Shown here: piece by piece, positions 11,094-23,533 of the stretch
How the letters are laid out: the number at the start of each line of letters is the position of its first letter
How positions within the stretch are numbered: position 1 is the first letter of the stretch
NCBI GenBank assembly: GCA_965644265.1
Contig: OZ286468.1
Span: 28,582,001-28,646,000, forward strand
Direction of reading: 5' to 3'
DNA from: Glycera tridactyla
Taxonomy: Eukaryota
DNA length: 64,000 nucleotides
The notes under the pieces: model-generated
The model's database searches: none
What the model was told of the DNA's origin: nothing
The model's input: the letters and a program-made list of their open reading frames with translations, nothing else
Program-made: the position numbers and the translations under genes

Positions 11094-13461
11094 TAATTGT
11101 TAAAATATAGCAGAGATGCCAACCATTACGATTTTGGCGTAATGATTATGATTTTCACCCCTATATTACGCCATTATGATCTGGTTGTCAACTATTACGC
11201 TTTTTGGAGGGAACTGGTACTGCATCCTGCTACAGTCCATTCCAGGTCATAATGTGGCTTCCTAAAGTATTATGCCAAGTCATTGGCAGTGGTATCATTT
11301 GGGCATACTTCAAAAAATCACAAACCAACTGTGAATGGAACCAACTATAGGTAAATTGTACAGTCTCCATGACAGTCTCCCTACCCCTGCACACTTCTCT
11401 CGCCCTATCCCCCACCCCTTCAACCCTTACCCCTCTAGTCAAGTGATATTTGTGTGTTATATTCATGTTTGTCTAATTGTAAACTGTACCCATGTAAAGT
11501 TTCTAAGTGATGTTTTATGTGACTTTTTCATGTAGCAAAATAATTTATAGAGTCTCAAAGTGAAGGTAATGAAGATCATTTCACAGTGGTTGCGGTCAAT
11601 CACTCTGCACACATGTACACAGACTGGCTTCACTGAATATTCATGCTTCTATCAGGCAGGAGATAGTCGATACTGCCCACTGTAGCTATTGTAGAAACAG
11701 ACATGATGCTAGCCTCCCAACCAAAGCAGGGTGTCCAAATTTTGTCAAAAGTGATGAAACAATTTTGCCCAAATTAGTATGGATGAGTGGTTTCAGGTTG
11801 CCGTCAGATAACCCAGACATGCATGGCCATCTAAAACTTGCCAACTTTTTTTTGTATCTTAATTTATGCAGGACTTCAAATTAGATGAAAAATATATCAT
11901 ATTGTTCCAGTCGACTTACTATTGTTCTCTGATCTGAGCTAGTCTGTAGGACTTATTACGGATGGGGGGGGGGGGGGGGGGGGGGGGGTTGCCAAACATG
12001 TTTCACCTCTGTTCTTCTGCATTTTACATTGATAAATTGTCTTTTCTTTTTTACTTCCCATTGACAATTGGATAAGATGTGATTTAAGGGCAATGTATGG
12101 TGATTAGACATATTTTCATTTATTGGATTGGTGCAAAATGCTGGTGAATCATAGTACATCGCGTCGCGAATCGCGTCACGAATGCTGCGTGATCATCTCT
12201 CTGCGTAATCATCACTCTTTGGGATTCTGAAAAGTTGGCATTTCTGATATAGCAAAATAAGGTGAGAAAATGTTTCAATATCTTACATTGATTAGCTGTG
12301 TACATATCGCCTCTTAGGTTGGAAAATTCAGCTGAATTGCTTCATGGAGAGGAAACTTTTAAAGGTGTGAGAAGGGGAGGTAGTGAGTAGGTGGTTGGTG
12401 TCAGAGACAGACATGTGAACTTCTCACGAGAGACAGCACTCGGAGCATCTTCAGAGGTTCTTGAAGTTTGACGTTGCTAGTCGATGTCATGTCCATGACG
12501 GCATGACCTTGACATTGGGACCGTGAGCTTTCATAAACTTCCTTCATTCGTCGCAGAGTTTCTTGAGTTAGATAATGATTTATGTCATGTGAAGAATTTG
12601 GGCACTGGGTTTTCTGATACGTTGCTGGGCCTCAGTAGCCCAGAAACTAGAAGTATCTTCAGCAATGACACAAAATGACAGGCCATCTTTCAAGGGTTAT
12701 CCAAGATTTATGAGTCTTCTGAAAACAAATCAGAGAGGGGGCGTTCTCCCAGTATGCCTTCATGATCATTGGAAAACGGAGTTCCATATTGGGGTTCCCC
12801 GAAAAAATGCTCTCTGATTTCACTGTGTACTGTCTGGGGAGAGTGTTGCTTGATTCATCAGACCAAAAAATGTGGAACTTATCTAAAGGCGTTGTATTCC
12901 AGTATAGTGAAACAATACACAGAATGACAAAAAAAGTGGTTTCACAAAACTTGTGGTCTCTCGTTGGAGGTGTATTTGACTATGCCAAGTAGAAATGGAG
13001 CTGTTGAAGGTTCCACAGTCATTTATTTGAGAATGGGGTGGTGGTGGGGGTAGGTCCACAAAGGTTTTTGAGCAGTTATTGAGAAGAGGGGTATTCAAAA
13101 ATCAGCCATGTGAGACAGATGTATTTAGTTGCTTGCTGTTGATGAGAACACCAGACCAGCCAGGAACACATGTGACCTTAATGACCTTGGAAAGATTTAT
13201 TGATGAGCATAACAGTCCTGAGGTTGGGTCTGCTGTCTCTTTTTTCACGGATTGTTTGAGGAGAAATTACCTGAATGTATCTCGAAATTTTGCATTTTCT
13301 ATTCTCAGTTACATACCGCCTAAGGTATTTTTATTGATGAGTATTTTGTCAAGTTCGGTTTAATGATGCATGGGCCCCAGGTTCAAGAAATGTTTCCTAA
13401 TCCCCAAAGCCAATTTGGCCGGGTTTCTAATGGGCACCCACATGCTGACTCAGATATAAAC

Positions 13462-13556
13462 ACTCACACACGCACAAACACACAAATTACACACACGCAA
13501 GCAAATTTGACAAACACGCATGCATGCATGCATGCACACACACACACACACACACA

Positions 13557-13605
<49 letters not shown>

Positions 13606-13730
13606 ATACACACTCACTCCCTAGCACACATACACAAATCACACACACAAATCACACACACACACGCACAAATTACACACACACATATGCTTGCTCACAC
13701 ACTCACCCTCCCCCACACACACACATACAC
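13462..13730. repeat. (CA)n-rich simple repeat
   Basis: Directly visible. Confidence 0.95.
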
Positions 13731-14294
13731 ACTCCGTCTCCATCAGCTAACCTAAGTGACTATTAGCGAAACAATTTAGCATCTCAGCAAGTTTTTTTCT
13801 CGCCAGGCAACCTGCCACGTAACTGTGGCACCACTCATTCCCAGCGTAGTACACACCCGCGTTCCTCTCCTCGTACTAGCCGAGTGGGCGTGCCATGATA
13901 CGAGGGAGGAGGGTAGGAAGACCGGCATCTCGTCTCACCTCACATGTACGGCCAGTGGTACATGTCGGGAAGTCGAGAAAGTTTCTCGTACATGATACCC
14001 ATTCACATGGTAATCCCCATCATGGGCCACTAAGTCTGTTGAATACGCTCTGGAATGATATCTCGCCTGGATTTCTGGATTGATATCGTCAAGATTTCTG
14101 GAATACTATCGTCAGGATTTCTGAAATTGGAATGATATTGCCAGGATTTCGTGTCTGTCTTCCTATTATCATGTTTATTCTTATACTTTTGGATTCATCA
14201 TATTTGAATTTATATAATATAGAAGCTGTCAGGGTTACCTTCAAATGGAGTGAAAAATCATGATTTGGAACCAAAAAGAAATATATTCTCAATA

Positions 14295-14471
14295 CAGTCA
14301 AAACTTTTCATAAAGGCACCTTCGGTCACATCATAAAGTGGCCTTTGTAGGCAGGTGGCCTTTATAGAGAGGTCATTTACCATTGAGAATAACATCACAG
14401 TCATAGCTCAGGGTGGCCTTTGTAGGCAGGTGGCTTTCATAGAGAGGTGGTCTCTAAAGCAGGTTCAACTG
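14295..14471 (-). mobile_element. MITE family A
   Basis: TA flanks, reverse orientation. Confidence 0.85.
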
Positions 14472-14709
14472 TAGATGTATTTATGTAGGATTGATGATTA
14501 TGTACTCAACCAACTTTTAAATGAGACAAGATTGAAGAGCAACATGTAGAATTCTGCAAGAAGTCATTGCCCTGAACAACAACTGATGACTTTGATGTTG
14601 GAAGGCATGACTTTCAAAAAGAAGTCTCAGTTTGCTGGATGGTACAACTTGTTTGTGCTTGGTGACAATTTACATTCAGTAAGGACTTGTATCTTTCTTT
14701 AATGGAATA

Positions 14710-14886
14710 CATTCGAACCTGTCTATAAAGACCGCCTTCGGTCACATCAAAAAGCAGTCTTTATGGGCAGGTGGTCTTTATAGAGAGGTCATTCACTGTT
14801 GAAAATACTACCTCGGTCGCAGGTCAGGTGGTCTTTATAGAGAGGTGGTCTTTATAGAGAGGTGGTCTTTAGAGCAGGTTCGACTG
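14710..14886 (-). mobile_element. MITE family A
   Basis: Near-consensus copy, TA flanks. Confidence 0.9.
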
Positions 14887-15005
14887 TACATTGAAATTCG
14901 TTCCATGAAGTTAACATCAATTATTAAATTCAGACCCGGAATTAGCCAGTTGAAGAAATATCTTAGCAAATCATTTCCCTATTGATGTTTTATGATATAG
15001 GAGTA

Positions 15006-15180
15006 CAGTCGAACCTGTCTACAAAGACCACCCTTGGTTGCATCAAAAAGGTTTTTTTCATTGAGGGCTCGTCTCTGTAGAGAGATCATTTACTGTATAG
15101 ATATTCTTGGAGGCACAACCCAGGGTAGCCTTTGTAAGCAGGTGGGCTTTGAATAATGGTCTTTTGAGCAAGTTTCACTA
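15006..15180 (-). mobile_element. MITE family A, degenerate
   Basis: Left TIR intact, right TIR decayed. Confidence 0.75.
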
Positions 15181-15201
15181 TTCCTCAATCATGCACAATA
15201 A

Positions 15202-15377
15202 CAGTGAAACCTGCGACGAGAGACCCCCGACGAGAGACCACCTCTGATGGGAGACTGCTTTTCCAGGGCAGCTTTTCTATTTGACATAGTCAAATATACC
15301 TCTGACGAGAGACCACCTCTTTTGAGAGACCCCTTTTTGGTGACATTTAGGGCGGTCTGTCATCGCAGGTTTCACTG
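15202..15377 (+). mobile_element. MITE family B
   Basis: TIRs intact; colinear with 8560-8736. Confidence 0.9.
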
Positions 15378-15664
15378 TACATTGTTGGATATGCTATGTG
15401 GTCATCTATCACATTTGATCTAGGGAGGGGTGTGTCTGAAGAGACAGTCACTGAGGTTTTTCAATATTTCTCCATCCTGCACGTTATACAACTAGATGTA
15501 CCACATATACTCCTCTATATTGGGTTGATATGTGCTATTAAACATAAGTCAGTCAATAAATTAATCCTCTACATTGATCAATTTAGGTAGGATTGTGTTT
15601 AAACTGATAGATTCATGAGTAAACCCATCTGCTAAGCTCCTCTATTTGATATGGTCAGACATAC

Positions 15665-15884
15665 CAGGCCCAACGCTAAGGGTTGCCCTAATGGCACAGA
15701 CAGGCTGATTTGTCGTTAGGGCAGGTGATTTTATCAGTCTGCCTGCCTGATGGGCAGGTACCCAACCATTATTCAGGCAATGAACATATGCAGGAGGGCA
15801 GGTGAAAATGACAGTGAGGGCAGGTGAAAATCACACTTCACTTGCTGGAAGGACAGCTAAAGAAAAAGTTAATATAGAGCCCTG
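15665..15884. mobile_element. hAT-like MITE family F (TIR CAGGGCTCTAC)
   Basis: Colinear with 38225-38446; internal GGGCAGGTGA repeats. Confidence 0.8.
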
Positions 15885-16244
15885 GATATACAAATGACTG
15901 GAGACTGTATAGTGTTGAGAGTAGTGTTTTCATACAAATGGGTGGTCTGGGCTCGAGAGATGTTTACGGTGGAACCATCCATGTGGATTACATTACAGCT
16001 GTTTGTACCCACTGGTTGCACAACTGTTTTGTGTCTCAAATGAAATGTTAGTTGATAGAGTTTGGCAAAGGTATGTAGAGGACTCCAATTTTAAACTCAT
16101 CTGGGTCTTTATCAAGTGCTCCAAACTTACATGAGGATGTTATCCCACCTTGCAGGATACAGTCGAACCTCTCTACAAAGACAGTTGGCTGCACCAAAGG
16201 GTGGTCTTAGCAGGCATTTGGTCTTTGAAGAGAGGAGCACACTG

Positions 16245-16414
16245 CAGATATGCCAACTTTCATGATGTGGACATAATGATCACTTGTTTAGAGCCAGATT
16301 TTCACATTTCATGTATTGCATTATTCCTAGTAATTTGGTCACTTTAATACTGCAATATTTCTCGAAAAATTTGGCATCATTACAAGTTTTGCCCATCAAA
16401 GATTAGCATCCCTG
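16245..16414. mobile_element. Family E copy nested in a degenerate family A MITE
   Basis: CAGATATGCCAAC...GCATCCCTG, 6-bp TSD with one mismatch. Confidence 0.75.
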
Positions 16415-16766
16415 TCACTGTAGCATTTTTGTGGACACTGTTTTGGGTAGCCATCTTGGACTGCAGACCTTTGTATAGATAATGTCTCTGGGACTGGTTT
16501 TAATGAGATTGAGGTCAAATGTACCGTACATAGAGTGAGTAAGGTACAACCAATCTGGCTTGGCACCGAATTATCTTCTGCAATGGCAAACATGGTTCAA
16601 TCAACAGTCTTATCGTAATTGTCTGCTTGCTCCGTTCATCTAGTCTCATGTGAGGTTTGTAGAGGTGCGTAGAGGTGCGTCAGCTACTCTCATTTGACAA
16701 CCATTATGGTTCCCATCATTTTATGATCAGGGTTTGTGGGAGTGATGCCTGCAAGGGACGGAGCAT

Positions 16767-16792
16767 CTAACTTCATTCATATTCAGGTGAGG
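16767..16792 (+). other. Candidate recursive splice site
   Basis: CTAACttcattcatattcAG|GTGAGG with a branch-point-like CTAAC, AG at 16785-16786. Confidence 0.35.
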
Positions 16793-17044
16793 TTATACGT
16801 GTATTGGAACTGTCAGCTACTTTCACTTAGCAGCATATCCAATCCCCCATCATCTTGTGTTCAAGGTTTGCGAGAGTGATACCTGCAGGGGACAGAGCAT
16901 ACAGCTTTCGAAGACCTGGCATACATAATCTCCTTTATCAGGGATACGGTCTGAAGTCCCTGAATTCTCTGACCTGGTATTTCACTGATATCCCAACTCT
17001 GCCTTGTCATACTGATGTTGTCATTGTACTAGATTAGTCTGATA

Positions 17045-18170
17045 CAGTAAAACCTGCTATGAGCGACCCTCTAATGAGCGACCACCTCTCTTGAACGACC
17101 GCTTTTCGCCGCCAAAAACGTTTTTCTTATATATTTCACCTCTATTGAACGACCCCTCTAATGAGCGACCACCTCTCTTGAACGACCGCCTTCGAACGGT
17201 CGGAAAACCTCCTATGTGCGACTTTTGACGAGTTGAGGCTGGGCGATAATCGCCAAAAATTACACGCATCGCTTCATTTCTGCTCACCTTGCCGTGAGTT
17301 CTATCAATCCCCAGGCCATTGTTTGGCTGTTCGCGCCGACATGCTCCACTGATTCCCAACAATCGGTCGCTGTAGACGTCTATCTCGACGAACAAACACG
17401 TCTAAATAGCGATCTTTATGCGAAATGTGATCAGCCACGAGAAACATCATTATGAAATCAAAATGGCGGCTGGCCCCACAAGATCCATCATTGAGAACAA
17501 ACTATCCTGGTCATTATTTTGATTAAGCTCACGATTATATTCGAAATTGCACAGAAATATGTTGAAGGATTTTCTAGAGAATACATCTGTGTCTTCAGTT
17601 AACGTGTATATGCTCTCTCCGAGCCGATGATCGTAGATTACCGGATACGAATAAAATTTGCAAAGGCCGCCATTTTGTGGGGCTACTCATGCTAGACGAG
17701 AACATTCGACTGGATGGTTATCTTTCGAATGTATTTATCATTGTTGAGACGAGAATGCCGATATTTCCCAATAAATGATCGTTTATAAGCGATTGTCGTA
17801 TAAATATCGCCTTGGCAATATTTTGCGTCGTCTGTCGAATGAAAACAACAGGAGGCAAGATGGCGGACATGGATGTAATCGTGCCCAGTCTCGGAGTGAA
17901 TTTATCACGATCATGGCCAAAATGTCGATATTTCTTCGAAAACGGTCGTCTAGTATGCAAATATAGGTCATCAACATCGATTTGGCGATGTTCAGATCCG
18001 TTAGACTATATTCCTGTATCACCTATCGCGGGTTGAATGTACGTATTGGAAATTGTCTTCTGGTTTCACTCTTTTAGCGGCCGACTTCGAACCTCTTATG
18101 AGCGACCACCTCTTTTGAATGACCGATTTTGCTTGACATTTAGGGCGGTCTCACAAAAGAGGTTTTACTG
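17045..18170. mobile_element. 1.1-kb non-autonomous TA-flanked DNA transposon related to MITE family B
   Basis: TA|CAGTAAAACC...GGTTTTACTG|TA, GAGCGACCACCTCT subterminal repeats, CpG-rich interior, no long ORF. Confidence 0.9.
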
Positions 18171-18914
18171 TATCACTTTTTCATCTATGATTCATCAAGA
18201 TATTTCTTGTAGGGACTCATTGTTGAGAGACAGAATATCAGTGAGGATTTTCTAATGATTTGTAGGTGAAAATGTAGCTCACTCACCACTTGTAAACAGG
18301 CAGTCAGGGGTAGTTTTCTTCACCACTGTATGTCCTCTCTTGACTGTGTTTATATGTCAGCAAAGTTTACACGATACCTGCTTATTTGTAAGCTGGTCCA
18401 AATAGCTGTTAACACCAGCGGTATATATCTTCCATGGCGCCAGAAATTGAATCATCTTCTTCAGTTAGTGCCTGTTGGAATTTTCAATGTTCATTCCTCA
18501 TAATGGATACATAACCCACCAAATCCTTGATATAAATGTCACCTTGAAATGAAGATTGAGGTGAGAACAAATCTAATTGTCCTTGAGATATGGATTCTTG
18601 CTTTTATGTCTTAAGAACTTTTTGAAGTGAAGTATATTCCTCTATGTGGAATGCAGCAGTGGCAGGGTCATATTTGCCATTGGGTCCTCTTTGCAATCAT
18701 CTTCGCAGAAGAGTCTTCTTTGCCGTCATCTTCGCCATAGTTCTGTCTTTGCCAGAAACCAGGATAGATGGTGATTGTTCGAACAAGCTTAGTGAAGACT
18801 GAAGACCTCCGGCCAGTTGCGTCATTCGTGGTATGACCAGTGATGTGACCGTTCCTACCTTGGTCTCCATTTCCATGAACATTACTATATTTCTTCTGTG
18901 TGTTGTGTATGAAC

Positions 18915-19198
18915 TAGTGTTAGGAATCTATACCTATTTTGGGAATTGATTAATCGGAATTTATTTTGATCGATTAATCAATCATAATCTATGTTCAGTC
19001 AAGTCTTAAAGAAGACAGATTTGGTGCATGGAGGATGGTGATTGACATGACTTGGGAATTGGGAAGTGAGAAGGCAAGAAGAGTTCATCTATCAAAAAGA
19101 CTAATGAATCTTGATTATTCTAGAAAAAAAAATCAGAACTGAATTTGATCAATTAAATAGATTTCTGAGCGATTTCTGAGCGGATCGTCTTAACACTA
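18915..19198. mobile_element. Classical hAT MITE with 8-bp TSD
   Basis: TIR TAGTGTTA.GA and perfect TSD GTATGAAC. Confidence 0.85.
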
Positions 19199-20277
19199 GT
19201 ATGAACCCCCTGCACTCACATAAGTGAACCCATCAGTCAGGTTTTCATCTAATCTGATGCATATTCTTGTTTCCAGTTCTTGACTTTGCTCTAAAGAAGC
19301 ACTGATGTCATTGGTGTCAGCTCCCATCCAGACATAATCAAACCTGCTCAAGAGAGGACCTCTCCATCTGAGCATTAACTTTTAATTGATCGGGAATTAA
19401 CAGCATACATAGTCCTTTTGGTTGATACATGCCATCAAGTTCTGATCGATCAATCAATCAATCAGTCAGTTAGTCGGTCAGTTGGTACAATTCGGGTACA
19501 TCACCAAAAAGGTGGGCTTTACCTCCAAAATGCCTCGTCTCGAGAGCAAGTTCATTCCCACCTTTTAGGTTGGATGTCATATCGGAAAGAGAATTTTCAA
19601 AATGTTGGATTAGTATTGGGAACTTGGGAGTACAGCCACCCACATCTCACCTCATCTCACGGTGCCTCTGGCTATTGATGATGTGAGGGATGCAGATGAT
19701 CGCCATGGCGATGACGCCATTCACCATGTGTACTGCCTCGTGACCTGGGTCATACTTGCTGGTGATCTCTCCCAGATCTCCCGTGAACTCACTCTGAATA
19801 CAATGCGCCCCACAGTTGGTCGCCCATAGTTGATCGTACCTATCGTTGTCGGTGGATGTTTTGACCCTACGCACTCAACATTGGATGAAACTTGGACATT
19901 TGTTCATTATTATCAGAGATTGATTGATTGATTGATTGATGTTTAACGGGATGAATCAACTTTGAGGATTATGTACGATAGTAGGATACCTCTCACTGAC
20001 ACAAGATTAGAATTTATATGATTGAAGGAGAAAACACATTTTTGTTATTCGATGGACTTTGTAATGCATCCACATTCCTTGTGTGATACTTCACAACTGG
20101 ATGAGAACTACATTCTGATGATTTCTCGCCTAATCCATGTGATAAAAGCAAGAATATATGGCCGTGAGGTAAAAATGGAATCCCAAACTTGTTATGAATT
20201 TTGCTCGATGTCACTCGGTCTTCAGCCTTGTTACATCTGGCAAAATTCACACCATGTTTGATATTGCGTTTATACTA

Positions 20278-20451
20278 CAGTGAAACCTGCGATGAGAGAC
20301 CCCTTGATGATAGACCACCAACAGGAGACCGCTTTTCCAGGGCAACATCTCTATTTGACATAGTCAATCATACCTCTTACGAGAGACTACCTCTTTTGAG
20401 GGACCACTTATTGGTGACATTTAGGGCGGTCTCTCATCGCAGGTTTCACTG
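20278..20451 (+). mobile_element. MITE family B
   Basis: TIRs intact; abuts the truncated arm of a palindromic repeat. Confidence 0.9.
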
Positions 20452-20564
20452 AACTATTTATATCCTTCAAAGTTTGGTATTCATTTAGAGGTACGTTCGA
20501 CAATGTTCAATACATAGGAGGATTTTCTAAATTGGTTTTTCATTGAGAGGGTTCATTCTAGGGA

Positions 20565-20665
20565 TATTTCGCCTACAGACTGCCATGGTCAATAGAGATA
20601 TGTGGAGAGGGATTATCAAGGGCATCCTAGCTGCAGACCCTGCCTGGACCAGATGATGATGAGGG
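20565..20665 (+). mobile_element. Possible RTE-type LINE 3' end
   Basis: TAMVNRDMWRGII-like peptide followed by a (TGA)n tail. Confidence 0.4.
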
Positions 20666-20804
20666 ATATTTAACAACAACTGAAACATATTGGTGCCCTG
20701 GTGAATCATTGTGATACATCACGCCCAGAGATAATATGGAAATCATGGGGAGAAGGAATGTCATAGTGATGCCAAGACATTGACAGATATCATCAGGTCT
20801 ACGT

Positions 20805-21093
20805 TAGTGCTTGAACTCGGTTGCTAAAAATGATAGACTCGGTTGCTAAAATGATGGTTGCTAAAATGATGATCGATTACTCACTCGGCAGCGATTGATT
20901 ATCGATTAAATAATCGGAGTTTAGACTCCCCAGGCTGACCTCAAAATACCAAAATTTTGCAGCAAAATCATAAGTTTGTATCTATATTTAGGTACAATAA
21001 CTTAATTGATTATGAATTTGCATGATTGATTAATTGAATCGGACTTCTCAACGATGCAATAATTGATATAATCGGATAATCGTCACAGCACTA
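20805..21093. mobile_element. Classical hAT MITE with 8-bp TSD
   Basis: TAGTGCT...AGCACTA, TSD GTCTACGT/GTCTACAT. Confidence 0.8.
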
Positions 21094-21104
21094 GTCTACA
21101 TGTG

Positions 21105-21278
21105 ATATAACCTGTCTATAAAGACTGCCTTCGGTCGCATCAAAAAGCGGTCTTATGGGCAGGTGGTCTTTATAGAGAGGTCATTTTCTGTTGAAAATAC
21201 TACCACTGTCGCTGCACAAGTGGTCTTTATAGAGAGGTGGTCTGTATAGAGAGGTGGTCTTTAGAGCAGGTTCGACTG
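21105..21278 (-). mobile_element. MITE family A
   Basis: Right TIR CAGGTTCGACTG|TA; left end eroded. Confidence 0.85.
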
Positions 21279-22740
21279 TATATGTGATATTTTTATTGTA
21301 ATTGCTGTACTCACTCACTCTACAAACTTGGATTCACTTTCTGGATTATATTTCCTTATTGAGTGTCCGATTCCTTCGGAGTATCGGGCACCATCTACCA
21401 TAGGCTTTCAAAACAAAAATTATGATCTTTATCACAGATTTTGAGAACCTGCTTCAGATTCGAAATAAGGCTTGAACAAGAGTATAACTTAATCATCAAC
21501 CTGGGTCTCCAGTAGTACTGTGACGATGATTACGCAATTAGATCGATTATTACGTCGTTGAGAGGTCCGATCTGATTAATTGATCATGCAAGTTGTCAAT
21601 CAATCGAATATCGGGGATCTTCAATGCCTAGAGTGACTGTTGAAAATCTTGTTATGGTATGCTTATATTTGTTACCTCACGAATCCTCAACCTCGATGGT
21701 GGATATTTTAGCAAGTGCAAGAAAAGTCCCAAGTCCCAAATTCAGTTTGATGGTGAAGTATCAGTGCCTACACTCCAGGAATACCTGTAGCTTCCTGACC
21801 ATACTTGGGTCGGAAGTGGGGTCTCCCGTCTGTGTCCTGAGTTCAACATGTGGTTTGTGTGTCTGGTCTGAAGAGCAATCAACTGGGAACATGTAAGGGC
21901 TCCAGATGTGTGGGATGTATCCCATCAAGTAAANNNNNNNNNNNNNNNNNNNNNNNNNNNNNNNNNNNNNNNNNNNNNNNNNNNNNNNNNNNNNNNNNNN
22001 NNNNNNNNNNNNNNNNNNNNNNNNNNNNNNNNNNNNNNNNNNNNNNNNNNNNNNNNNNNNNNNNNNNNNNNNNNNNNNNNNNNNNTTCCTGTGCATCATG
22101 TCACCAACATGAAATGAATTTTAAAAAGTGTGTGTGATGTGTGTGAAGGAAAGATGGTCTTTGTAGGCAGTTTCCATTTGTTTAGTCTCTCGAGCAGGTT
22201 TTGAACTGTATGTAGAACATCAGTAAAATAGTTTTTTTTCTCGAAAGTCAGTTGAGACTACAGGGATAATGCTGGAATGAGATTTGGGTAGAATCTCTCT
22301 TCTAATCATCTAATATCACATTTTTCTGGAAGTACTTCAGTGTCCGATCTAGAAAGTGACTTCGGGGGGCCTCTCTGAACAAAGGGGGTGTTTTCATGAA
22401 AAATAGGGGCATTCTTGGAGGGAGGGGGATCTTCACAGGTAATGCCATGATGTTTCAAATAGATGGAAGAAATGAGCTTCTTAGTGTCACTGTGGCCTGG
22501 TGAAAACAAGCACCCGAGAAACAGGATAGACAATGTGATTCAAATGCCTCCATCAGGCTTTCTCATGGGGCAAAATGTGCCCCTCCATCCAGAAACAAGG
22601 GGCGTTCTGCCAGGTCTGTGGGCCATTCGACCCAACGCCCCCTCTGGATTAGACACTGGTACTGGGGATGGATTGTATCTACTGTATCCTTAGTTTCTTA
22701 TCAGTCCTCTAAATAGAAGTTATCATATCTTTGATGGATA

Positions 22741-23533
22741 AGGCAGGAGCGTAACCACAGCTGCCTGTGTAAGGATGTTATGTGATGATCCAGCAGTGCT
22801 GGAGGCAGAAGTGTAACTTGCCTCAATCATTCCAACCACAGCTGCCTGTGTAGAGATGTTATGTGGTGATCCAACAGTGGTGAAGGCAGGAGTGAAACCT
22901 GCCTTAATCATTCCGACCACAGCTGCCTGTGTAGGGGTGTTATGTGATGATTCAGCAGTGATGAAGGCAGGAGTGTAACTATGAATAGCCTCAATCATTC
23001 AGACCACAGCTGCCTGTGTAGGGATTATCTGCGATCCAGCAGTGCTGGAGGCAGTAGTGTAACTTGGCTCAATCATTATAGCCTCAATCATTCAGACCAT
23101 AGCTGCCTATTTGGGGTCAGTACTCGATGCTGTCGGGGTACGCAATTTATGGACTCAGTCTATCATCATCTATAATCATCTATGATCCAGCAGTGATGGA
23201 GGCAGGAGTGTAACTAGCTTCAATCATTCAGACCATAGCTGCATGTGTAGGGATGTTATGTGACGATCCAGCAGTGATGAAGGCAGGAGTGTAACTATTA
23301 ATAGCCTCAATCATTCAGACCACAGCTGCCTGTGTAGGGATGTTATACAATCCAGCAGTGCTGGAGGCAGGAGTGTAACTTGCCTCAATCATTATAGCCT
23401 CAATCATTCAGACCATAGCTGCCTGTTGGGGATGCTTCTACGAGGGGGGGTCAGTACTCGATGCTGTCGGGTACGCAATTTATCGGTCTATAATCATCTA
23501 TGATCCAGCAGTGATGGAGGCAGGAGTGTAACT
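22741..23533. repeat. Minisatellite with 81-90-bp units and a higher-order repeat of about 334 bp
   Basis: CCACAGCTGCCTGTGTAGGGATG...GGAGGCAGGAGTGTAACT units; a unique spacer recurs at 23117 and 23451. Confidence 0.92.

Noticed and set aside
12400-12760. Coding-like stretch on the minus strand
   Set aside because: Every frame is interrupted and no recognisable motif is present.
13363-13766. HT-repeat ORFs, and similar ones at 28085-28688, 49255-49507 and 58874-59169
   Set aside because: Translations of (CA)n/(TG)n microsatellites.
18660-18890. CpG-containing coding-like stretch
   Set aside because: No recognisable domain or convincing exon boundaries.
22723-22998. 27-aa repeat ORF on the minus strand
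   Set aside because: The frame holds only for the three 81-bp units and breaks where unit length changes.
22741-23533. Repeat array or MITE internal repeats as CRISPR
   Set aside because: Eukaryotic context, variable repeat units, no unique equal-length spacers and no cas genes.
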